Assembly: GCA_049974845.1 (NCBI GenBank)
Contig: JBNGCP010000006.1
Coordinates: 22,386-86,385 of the forward strand
Length of the DNA: 64,000 nt
Direction of reading: 5' to 3'
Source: Anaerolineae bacterium
Lineage (GTDB): Bacteria > Chloroflexota > Anaerolineae > B4-G1 > SLSP01
Under the pieces are notes generated by a model. That model did no database searches, was not told where the DNA came from, and was given only the letters and a program-made list of their open reading frames with translations. The first letter of the stretch is position 1. Each line of letters begins with the position of its first letter. Shown here in pieces: positions 38,017 to 46,249 of the stretch. The translations under genes and the position numbers were made by a program.

Positions 38017-38901
38017 ATGTCGAAATTCGAGGCCGCCTTGGCTACAAACAAGATCCTGATCGCCGACGGGGCGACCGGCACGATGCTGCAACAGGCCGGC
38101 TTGCCCGCAGGCGCAGCGCCGGAGCGGTGGAATCTGGAGAACCCCGACGCAGTCCGGGCGCTGCACCGCAGTTACATCAAAGCAGGCGCGGATATGATCC
38201 TCACCAACACGTTTGGTGGCTCTGCCGTTCGTCTGAAGCGAGAGGGATTGGCCGAGCGGGCAGCGGAGATCAACCATGCCGCTGCGCGCCTCGCCTGCGA
38301 GGTTGCCGGGGAGACAACGCTGGTGGTGGGCGACATCGGACCCACGGGCGAGATGCTGGCGCCGTTGGGCACGCTGAGCTACGAGGATGCGCTGGCCGCG
38401 TTTGCTGAGCAAGCCGCGGCCCTCGCTGAGGGTGGCGTCCACGCCATCCTCGTCGAGACGATGAGCGATCTGAACGAGGTCCAGGCCGCCATCGAGGGCG
38501 TCCGGCAGGTCACAGATTTGCCTCTGTTGGTGACCATGAGTTTTGATACCAAGGGACGTACGATGATGGGTGTGAAACCGGAGCAAGCGGCCAAGACCCT
38601 GCACTCACTGGGCGTCGACGTCATAGGAGCAAACTGCGGCCGAACGCTGAGCGAGACGCTCGAAGCGGTTCAGAAGATGCGCGAGGCTGTGCCGGAGGCC
38701 GTCCTGATGGCGAAGCCTAACGCAGGGCTCCCTCATGCTCAAGGCAGCGAGCTCGTATATGACGTCACACCAGCGGTCATGGCGGACTACGCACGACGCT
38801 TCGTCAAGCAGGCTGGCGTCAAGATCTTTGGCGGTTGCTGCGGCAGCACACCCGAACATATTCAAGCCGTGGCCGAGGCGCTTAAGTCCAATACGACATA
38901 G
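38017..38901 (+). CDS. Homocysteine S-methyltransferase-domain protein (Hcy-binding/MmuM-like)
   Basis: ILIADGATGTMLQQAGL…ADMILTNTFGGS and the C-terminal GGCCGSTPEHI Zn/Hcy motif match the family. It starts at ATG 38017 after an AGGAGG RBS. Confidence 0.75.
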   Translation: MSKFEAALATNKILIADGATGTMLQQAGLPAGAAPERWNLENPDAVRALHRSYIKAGADMILTNTFGGSAVRLKREGLAERAAEINHAAARLACEVAGETTLVVGDIGPTGEMLAPLGTLSYEDALAAFAEQAAALAEGGVHAILVETMSDLNEVQAAIEGVRQVTDLPLLVTMSFDTKGRTMMGVKPEQAAKTLHSLGVDVIGANCGRTLSETLEAVQKMREAVPEAVLMAKPNAGLPHAQGSELVYDVTPAVMADYARRFVKQAGVKIFGGCCGSTPEHIQAVAEALKSNTT

Positions 38902-39119
38902 GCCTTCCACGACTCATTGCGAGCCTAAGACGCCATGCTATAATCGCGTTGCTGGCGAATTCATCACACACCGAAAGCATCAGGCCAAGCACGACCGTCT
39001 CATATTTGGGCCGATCGCGATCATCGCTCCCGCTTCGCGCCATCTGTATCCTTTAGGTGGGGCAATCACCTTCCAGCCTCACCACCCACAGCCAGTTCGT
39101 TAGAACAGGAGGACGTAAG

Positions 39120-39806
39120 ATGCGCTACGAGATTCACGGCACCGTGATGCAAACGCTAGACGTTTACCTCTCCCAGGGTGAGTCGATGTACACCGAATCG
39201 GGGGGTATGGCCTGGATGAAGGGTAACGTCGAGATGAAGACGGATACGAAGGGTGGTCTTATGGCCGGGCTCGGCCGTAAGCTCGCAGGTGAATCCCTTT
39301 TCATGACGACCTATCGAAATCAGGGGCCAGGGGAAGCGCTGGTGACCTTCACCCCGGAGGCGCCCGGTAAGGTTCTTCCCATCAAACTGGGCGAGAATCA
39401 GAGCATGATCTGCCAGCGAGATGCCTTTATGTGCGCCGAGAGCGCCGTGAGCCTCAGTATTCACTTCCGCAAACGGCTCGGGACTGGCTTCTTTGGCGGT
39501 GAGGGCTTCATCCTACAGCAGATCGCCGGACCGGGCTACGCCTTCCTTGAGATCCCAGGGGAAGTGCGGGAGTACTCCCTGGCTGCAGGCGAGACAATGC
39601 GCATCGACCCAGGCCACATCGCGCTTTTTGAGCCTTCCGCCAACTATGATATACAGATGGTCAAGGGCTTGACCAACGTCCTGTTCGGCGGCGAGGGGCT
39701 CTTCCTGGCAACAGTCACCGGACCGGGTCGGATCTGGCTGCAGAGCCTGCCGCTGTCGAATCTGGCAGGCAAGCTGGCCAAGTATCTTCCGACGAAATCA
39801 TCTTAG
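39120..39806 (+). CDS. AIM24/TIGR00266 (DUF124) family protein
   Basis: MRYEIHGTVMQTLDVYLSQGESMYTESGGMAWM is characteristic of the family. An AGGAGGA RBS precedes it. Confidence 0.65.
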   Translation: MRYEIHGTVMQTLDVYLSQGESMYTESGGMAWMKGNVEMKTDTKGGLMAGLGRKLAGESLFMTTYRNQGPGEALVTFTPEAPGKVLPIKLGENQSMICQRDAFMCAESAVSLSIHFRKRLGTGFFGGEGFILQQIAGPGYAFLEIPGEVREYSLAAGETMRIDPGHIALFEPSANYDIQMVKGLTNVLFGGEGLFLATVTGPGRIWLQSLPLSNLAGKLAKYLPTKSS

Positions 39807-40163
39807 CTCGAGCATCTGGGGCACTGTCCACTACATAACATCGGCTTGCACGGGAAGCGTAGGGATCCCCGACCCTGGGGATCCCCAGCTCCCTGAAGCA
39901 CCTTCACAACTGAATGATGGTCGTGCCCTTCCCTCGTTATCGACAGAGAAGGATTAGGGCGCTCCGAGCTATCGGGGTATGTAGCGTCTGCCGTCCTCAG
40001 GGCTCATATACTTTATTCCTAGACATTCCCGAGCCCTTTAAAGAAGAGCTACGGCACCGCGACGACACAGGTCAGTTACGGCAGAAGCTCTGTGCTGTCC
40101 GTGCCTACGTGGTGGCCCATATCTCTGCGGTGGCATATCTGTTGTACAAAGGAGTAAGGCATT

Positions 40164-41018
40164 ATGGTTAAGATTGTAGGCGATACCACATCCGGTCTGT
40201 CCGAATCGTTGGCGGAAAAGTACGCCATCCCCATCATTCCCCAAATCATCATCTTTGGCGAGGAGTCTTATCTCGAGAGTGTCGAGATCACCTACGACAC
40301 CTTTATGCAGAAACTCAAGACGGCTACCCAGCTTCCGAAGACCGCGGCGCCCCCACCGGAGCTTTTTGCCGAGGTCTTCGAGCGTTTTGCGCCCACAGCT
40401 GAGCCCATCGTCTGCGTACTGCCGTCGGCAATCGTCAGCGGCACGGTACGGTCGGCGACCGTTGGGTTGCAGATGGCGCTAGAGCGCGGCGCTGAGAACC
40501 TCGATGTCCGCATCATCGACACCAATCTCATCGCCAGCCCTGTGGCGACGCTCTTGCGCCTGGCGGCTGAATGGGCGGAGCAAGGGGAGAGCGCGGACAC
40601 CATTGAAGCGCGGGTTAAGGAAATGAGTGCCCGGGGCAAAATCTACTTCCTCGTGGACACCCTCAAGTATCTGGCGATGGGTGGACGCATCGGTGGCGCA
40701 GCCGCGCTCTTGGGCAGTGTCCTGCAAGTGAAACCGGTGCTGACCTTCAAAGAGGGTCGGATCGACACCCTAGAAAAGGTGCGCACGCACAAACGAGCGA
40801 TCGACCGACTCAAGCAATTGGTCGTCGATCAGATCGCCCCCGGCGATCAGGGGTACCTTAGCATCATGCACGCCGCAGCGGAAGAACAGGCGCAAGACTT
40901 GGTCGTCTACTTCCGCGAAGAACTAGGACTCGATGACATTCCGGTCCGGGCGGTCCCCCCAGCCGTCGTGACCCACGGTGGGCCGGGTGTCCTAGGCGTG
41001 GGTTTCTTCACCGAGTAG
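40164..41018 (+). CDS. DegV-family fatty-acid-binding protein
   Basis: MVKIVGDTTSGLS…, the length (284 aa) and the DegV-like pattern support the call. Confidence 0.75.
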   Translation: MVKIVGDTTSGLSESLAEKYAIPIIPQIIIFGEESYLESVEITYDTFMQKLKTATQLPKTAAPPPELFAEVFERFAPTAEPIVCVLPSAIVSGTVRSATVGLQMALERGAENLDVRIIDTNLIASPVATLLRLAAEWAEQGESADTIEARVKEMSARGKIYFLVDTLKYLAMGGRIGGAAALLGSVLQVKPVLTFKEGRIDTLEKVRTHKRAIDRLKQLVVDQIAPGDQGYLSIMHAAAEEQAQDLVVYFREELGLDDIPVRAVPPAVVTHGGPGVLGVGFFTE

Positions 41019-41022
41019 TACC

Positions 41023-42141
41023 ATGAAGGTCCACGCTGTCAACACGCGCAACGCCGCGGACGTCCGCGCCTTCGTCCGGCTGCCCTTTACGCTCTATGCC
41101 GACTGCGAGCAGTGGACGCCGCCTCTCGTCTCCAGTGTCAAACTGGCCCTCAACCGAAGTCGACACCCTTTCTATAACCACTCCGATGCGGCGTTCTTCC
41201 TCGCCAAACAGGATGGGCAGACCGTTGGGCGCATCGCTGTCCTCGAAAATCGTCGCTACAATGACTACAACAACGCCAAGGTCGCCTTCTTCTACTACCT
41301 CGACCTCGTCGACGATGCCGAGGTCGCGGCGGGCTTGATCGAGGCGGCGGCAGGTTGGGCTCGCGAGCGCGACCTGGACACACTATTAGGGCCCAAGGGT
41401 ATGCTGCGATCAGACCCCTACGGTGTCCTGGTCGAGGGCTTTCAGTATCTGACCGGCATGGGCCTCCCCTATAACTACCCCTATTATGCCCGCCTCCTGA
41501 CGGGGATGGGCCTTGAAAAAGAGGTTGACTACCTGTCGGGCTATATGACGGGACAGCAGGAGCTTTCGGAAAGGCTCTTCGATCTGGCAGAGCGAATCAA
41601 GCAACGGCGAGGATTCTGGATCAAGTCTTTCTCCACCAAACGCGAGCTGCGCAGTTGGCTCCCGGACATCCAGGGGGTGAACAACAAGGCCTTCACACAG
41701 GTTTGGGGTTACTATCCCATTGACGAGGCCGAAGCACAAATGATCGCCGATCAGCTGCTGATGGTATCGGATCCCCGGCTTATGAAAGTCGTCATGAAAG
41801 GGGATGAGATCGCCGGGTTCGCCTTCGTCTTCCCCGATGTCGCCAGAACATTGCAGGCCACCGGCGGGCGGCTATGGCCCTTCGGCTGGATCCGTTTGCT
41901 GATCGCGCTCAAGCGCACAAAGCGACTGCTGGGCAATGGCATCGGCCTGTTGCCTAAACATCAGGGAATGGGGGCCAGCGCGTTGCTCTACGTCGACCTC
42001 CACGACACGCTCCGCGCCCGTGGTGCAGAGCACCTCGAGATCGTCCAGGTCATGGAGACGAATCTTAAGAGCCTCAGCGACATGAACGCGCTGGGCGCGA
42101 ACTGGCACAAACGCTATCGAGTGTACCGGCTTGCGCTTTGA
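41023..42141 (+). CDS. GNAT-like acyltransferase-fold protein (putative)
   Basis: It is 372 aa with weak resemblance to N-acyltransferase-fold proteins. It lies between degV and an MFS gene. Confidence 0.4.
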   Translation: MKVHAVNTRNAADVRAFVRLPFTLYADCEQWTPPLVSSVKLALNRSRHPFYNHSDAAFFLAKQDGQTVGRIAVLENRRYNDYNNAKVAFFYYLDLVDDAEVAAGLIEAAAGWARERDLDTLLGPKGMLRSDPYGVLVEGFQYLTGMGLPYNYPYYARLLTGMGLEKEVDYLSGYMTGQQELSERLFDLAERIKQRRGFWIKSFSTKRELRSWLPDIQGVNNKAFTQVWGYYPIDEAEAQMIADQLLMVSDPRLMKVVMKGDEIAGFAFVFPDVARTLQATGGRLWPFGWIRLLIALKRTKRLLGNGIGLLPKHQGMGASALLYVDLHDTLRARGAEHLEIVQVMETNLKSLSDMNALGANWHKRYRVYRLAL

Positions 42142-42160
42142 TCTTGGCAAAGGAGTCTAT

Positions 42161-43636
42161 ATGACAGAGCAAGCAGACAAGGTTCCCCGCCTGACGAAAA
42201 TCGTCTACGGGACAGGCGATTGGGGCATGGCGGCCTTCAACACCCTTCGCCAGATCTTCTACGCAATTTTCCTGACCGATGTCGTGGGGCTGGAGCCCCG
42301 CCTCGCTTCCTTCGCTGCGGTCATCGGGGTGCTTTGGGACGCCATCAACGATCCGTTGGTCGGCGTGTGGAGCGATAAGTTGCGTACGCGGTGGGGACGC
42401 CGGCGCCCCTTCCTTCTCATTTTCGCGGTGCCCTACGGCCTGGCGTTCCTGCTCCTCTGGTGGGCGCCGCCTTGGGAGAATCAGGTTCTGCTGATGATCC
42501 ACGTGATGCTTGCTTATGCCATCAGCGACACCTTCCAGACCCTCGTCGTGGTGCCCTTCCACGCCTTGACACCGGAGATGACCTCGGACTATGACGAGCG
42601 CACGTCGCTGGCAAGCTACCGGATGTTCTTCAACTTTCTGGCCTCCCTTGCCGGGGGTGTGGCCGCGCCAATGATCGTCGACGCGACGCTGGCAGCCGGG
42701 GGAACCCAGCAACAAGGGTATCTGCTAGCCTCAGCCGTCTTCGGGGCGACCTCAATCCTTCCCTATCTTCTGATCTTCTTTACCGTGCGGGAGAAGGCTC
42801 AGCCCCAACAGCAGACCGAGATGGTCTCCCTCCGCCAGACGATCCGTAAGGCTTGGGAGAACGTGCCCTTTCGCTACGCCACGGCGCTCTACGTGCTCAA
42901 TTGGGTGACCTTCGACCTAGTCGCCTCCGTGCTCCCCTTCTTCATTGTCTACTGGGTCGCCCAGGGAAATCTGCTGCTGACGGTACCGGGCCTGGGTATG
43001 CCGGTGGAGTCAGCGGTGCTGGGCATCATGGCCGTCGTCGCCCTGCCGGCGCTCCCGCTCTGGTTCTGGATGGCCCGGCGTCTGGGAAAGCGCATCGCTT
43101 ATATGATCGCCATCGCCTTCTGGGCGTTGATCATGCTAGCGCTTAACTTCCTGCCCCCGATGCAGATTGGGCTGGTGCTAGGGATGGCCGTGCTGATGAG
43201 CTTCAGCTATTCCGCCGCTCATATGCTCCCCGACGCGATCTTCCCCGACGTCATCGATTGGGACGAGCTGCGCACGGGGGAGCGCCACGAGGGCATCTAT
43301 TACGGCGCCAAGAACTTCATCCGCAAACTGACGACCGCGCTGGCGATCTTTCTCGTGCTTCAGGTGCTGGGTTGGTTGGGATATCAGAAACCGCCAGACC
43401 AGGCCACCCTCTTCATGCAGCCAGCCGCCGTCGTCCTCGGCATTCGTATCTTGATCGGTCCGGTGGCGACGCTCCTTCTCGTCAGTCTACTCATCGTGAC
43501 CTGGTTCTATCCGCTCAATCGCCGGCGCTACCAGCGGGTTCAGCGGCTGCTGGCGCGGCGCCAGCGACGCCAGACCACCATCGAGACTGCTGTCCCCTCA
43601 ACCTTGAACCTGACCTCTCAGCGTGTCAGAGATTGA
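42161..43636 (+). CDS. MFS transporter, glycoside-pentoside-hexuronide (GPH):cation symporter family
   Basis: KIVYGTGDWGMAAFNTLRQIFYAIFLTDVVGL and the DxxxxGxxSD…RWGRRRP motif are typical of GPH transporters. It has 12 TM helices. Confidence 0.75.
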   Translation: MTEQADKVPRLTKIVYGTGDWGMAAFNTLRQIFYAIFLTDVVGLEPRLASFAAVIGVLWDAINDPLVGVWSDKLRTRWGRRRPFLLIFAVPYGLAFLLLWWAPPWENQVLLMIHVMLAYAISDTFQTLVVVPFHALTPEMTSDYDERTSLASYRMFFNFLASLAGGVAAPMIVDATLAAGGTQQQGYLLASAVFGATSILPYLLIFFTVREKAQPQQQTEMVSLRQTIRKAWENVPFRYATALYVLNWVTFDLVASVLPFFIVYWVAQGNLLLTVPGLGMPVESAVLGIMAVVALPALPLWFWMARRLGKRIAYMIAIAFWALIMLALNFLPPMQIGLVLGMAVLMSFSYSAAHMLPDAIFPDVIDWDELRTGERHEGIYYGAKNFIRKLTTALAIFLVLQVLGWLGYQKPPDQATLFMQPAAVVLGIRILIGPVATLLLVSLLIVTWFYPLNRRRYQRVQRLLARRQRRQTTIETAVPSTLNLTSQRVRD

Positions 43637-43706
43637 GATCTTGAGAGGCCCCACCGGAGCACGTGAGCCATGCCAAACAGCCCTCACGTCACTCTGAGGA
43701 GAGTCT

Positions 43707-45068
43707 ATGCCTGACCCAAGGCCTGAGATGAGCACGTACCGCAATGAGCGCGCCTACGAGTTCTGTCCCGGCTGTAGCCACCGCCTGATACTGGATGCGC
43801 TCGATCGCGCCCTTGTCCGCCTCGCTTGGGATCCGGCCGAGATCGTCATCGTCAGCGATATCGGCTGTGTGGGCTTGTCCGACCAATACTTCGTCACCAG
43901 TGGATTCCACGGCTTGCACGGACGGAGCCTGACGTACGCCACCGGCGTCAAGCTGGCGAACCCGGCGCTCCACGTGATTGATCTCATCGGTGACGGTGGC
44001 TGCGGTATCGGCTGTGCTCATCTCGTCAGCGCGGCCCGGCGCAATATCGGCGTCACCACCCTCGTTTTCAACAACCTCAACTTCGGGATGACGGGGGGCG
44101 AACACAGCGTCACGACCCCGCCCGACACCAGGACCACAACCACACCCTGGGGCAACCCTGAGGCCCCCCTCGACATCGCCCAGACCGCTGCCGCCAATGG
44201 CGCAGGCTATGTCTGGCGAGGGACGGCCTTTGACGCGGAGTTGGAGGACCAGATCGTCTCTGCTCTTACCCATGAGGGATTCGCGCTCCTCGATATCTGG
44301 GAGCTCTGCGTTGCCTATTACGCTTCGATCAACCGTGTCGGCCCGAAAGACCTGACGTGTATGATGGAGCAGCTTGGGCTGCGCAGAGGCCTCATCCAGA
44401 AGACAGATCGAGCTGAGGCGACAATAGCCTTTGGCGAGGCGTGGGCCTCGCGGCGCGGAGAGGCGTCGTCGCTCTCCCAGCCCCTCGAAGTGCGCTTCTC
44501 GACCGACCTGAGCGACACGGCCTCCGTCGTGATCGCAGGCTCGGCCGGCGCCCATATTCGCACGGCTGGACGCCTCCTCGGGGTCGCCGCCACGCTATCC
44601 GACCTCTGGACGACCCAGCGGGATGAGTATCCGGTGACGGTGCGCTCCGGGTACAGCATCAGCGAGGTGCTCCTCAGTCCCCAGCCTATCCACACCACCG
44701 CCACTGAAGAGATCGATGCCCTTTTCATCCTCTCTGAGCGGGGCTATCAGAAGGTCGCCAAGGACGTGGGGCGCGTGGCCCCGGGAGGATGGCTCTTCCT
44801 GGCATCGGATCTCGTGAGGAGCGTCGACGTGCCACTGCCCGACGGTGTCCATCTCCGCTTGCTCGAACTCGATGCGCTCAAGGGAATCGCCTCCTCCAGT
44901 CTGGCGTTGGCGGCAGTAGCAGCGGGTGCAGCTTTCCTGGGCTACCTGGCCCCAGAATCCCTCATCGAGGCTGCCGCTCAACTCAATCCCGCTTACGCTG
45001 ACGCCAACCAGCGGGCCGTACGCAGGGCCCTCGCTGCCCAGGATACCGTCATCATTGCCCGCCAGTGA
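43707..45068 (+). CDS. 2-oxoacid:ferredoxin oxidoreductase beta (TPP-binding) subunit fused to a gamma-like domain, orphan
   Basis: It has the Cys motif FCPGCSH and a TPP motif (GDGGCGIGCAHLVSAARRNIGVTTLVFNNLNFGMTGGE). The C-terminal ~200 aa resemble a POR gamma-like domain. No alpha subunit gene is nearby. Confidence 0.6.
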   Translation: MPDPRPEMSTYRNERAYEFCPGCSHRLILDALDRALVRLAWDPAEIVIVSDIGCVGLSDQYFVTSGFHGLHGRSLTYATGVKLANPALHVIDLIGDGGCGIGCAHLVSAARRNIGVTTLVFNNLNFGMTGGEHSVTTPPDTRTTTTPWGNPEAPLDIAQTAAANGAGYVWRGTAFDAELEDQIVSALTHEGFALLDIWELCVAYYASINRVGPKDLTCMMEQLGLRRGLIQKTDRAEATIAFGEAWASRRGEASSLSQPLEVRFSTDLSDTASVVIAGSAGAHIRTAGRLLGVAATLSDLWTTQRDEYPVTVRSGYSISEVLLSPQPIHTTATEEIDALFILSERGYQKVAKDVGRVAPGGWLFLASDLVRSVDVPLPDGVHLRLLELDALKGIASSSLALAAVAAGAAFLGYLAPESLIEAAAQLNPAYADANQRAVRRALAAQDTVIIARQ

Positions 45069-45289
45069 AACGCCGCCTCCATCCAGGTTGACAAAACCTC
45101 GGTCTTAGCTAACATATCTGTTTGGCCCTAGCGGTCACCAGTTCGCCTTATCCAGAGAGCGAAGCACCATAGGGGAACCACCAACCTTTGGTCGGCTTTG
45201 CTCTCTTCGCATGGTGTTGTCCAACAGCGTATTCGAGATTTCTAATCTCACGTTACGCATACAGCACGTCTCATTAGGAGGATGGATCT

Positions 45290-46249
45290 ATGATTGATGT
45301 CACCAACCTATCAAAGTCCTATGGTCCTATCCGTGCCTTAGAGGAGGTCACCTTTCGGATCGACACGGGCGAGATTGTCGGCTTGCTCGGCCCCAACGGC
45401 GCCGGCAAGACGACGCTGGTCAAGATCCTGACGGGCTATCTCCAGCCGGATCAGGGGACCGCGACGATTGACAATCTGGATGTCCAGGAGCATACCCGCG
45501 AGGTCCAGGCTCGGATCGGCTATCTTCCCGAAACCGCGCCCCTCTACCCCGAGCTATCGGTCCAGGCCTATCTGCAGATGATGACCGACCTGCGGATGAT
45601 CCCAGAGGAAGACCAGCTGGCTCACGTCTCCGAAGCCGTCTACGCGACCGGCCTCGAGGAACACCTGACGCGGCCCATCGGGGAGTTGAGCAAGGGATTC
45701 CGGCAGCGGGTGGGACTGGCACAGGCCATCATCCACCGTCCCAAGCTATTGATCCTGGACGAGCCCACGGTCGGGCTGGATCCCACACAGATCGTGGAGA
45801 TCCGAAACCTGATTCGCCGTCTGTCACAGCACAGCACCGTTCTCTTCTCCACCCACATCCTCTCCGAGGTCGAGGCCCTCTGCGACCGCGCCATCATCCT
45901 AATCAACGGCCGAATCAAGGCCGATGCCCGGCTTGCAGAGCTGGCGGCGACCTCCAATGCCGTGCTGGTGTTGGATCGTCCGGTCTCCGGCGCCGATAAC
46001 CTCCTCAAGGGGCTAGAGCAGGCGCGCGGCGTGAGTCCGTTCGAGTCCACGGACGGTCATCCCGCCTACAGAGTCCTGGGGAAGCCCGCGTTGAGCGACA
46101 ACCTGACGCCCGCGATCTATGAGCTGGCGCGGGAGCAGGCGTGGCCGGTACGGGAGCTGCGCAGGGACATCCGCACACTGGAGACCGTTTTCAATGAGCT
46201 GGCTATGGCGACCGAGGAGGATCGGTCGCTCGTGGCGGAGGTGGCATGA
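45290..46249 (+). CDS. ABC transporter ATP-binding protein (ABC-2/GldA-like)
   Basis: It has Walker A (GPNGAGKTT), a signature (LSKGFRQRV) and Walker B (LLILDEPT). Confidence 0.85.
   Translation: MIDVTNLSKSYGPIRALEEVTFRIDTGEIVGLLGPNGAGKTTLVKILTGYLQPDQGTATIDNLDVQEHTREVQARIGYLPETAPLYPELSVQAYLQMMTDLRMIPEEDQLAHVSEAVYATGLEEHLTRPIGELSKGFRQRVGLAQAIIHRPKLLILDEPTVGLDPTQIVEIRNLIRRLSQHSTVLFSTHILSEVEALCDRAIILINGRIKADARLAELAATSNAVLVLDRPVSGADNLLKGLEQARGVSPFESTDGHPAYRVLGKPALSDNLTPAIYELAREQAWPVRELRRDIRTLETVFNELAMATEEDRSLVAEVA

Noticed and set aside
43689-44555. A 288-aa minus-strand ORF
   Set aside because: It is completely antisense to the TPP-binding oxidoreductase subunit, which has clear motifs. It is a shadow ORF.
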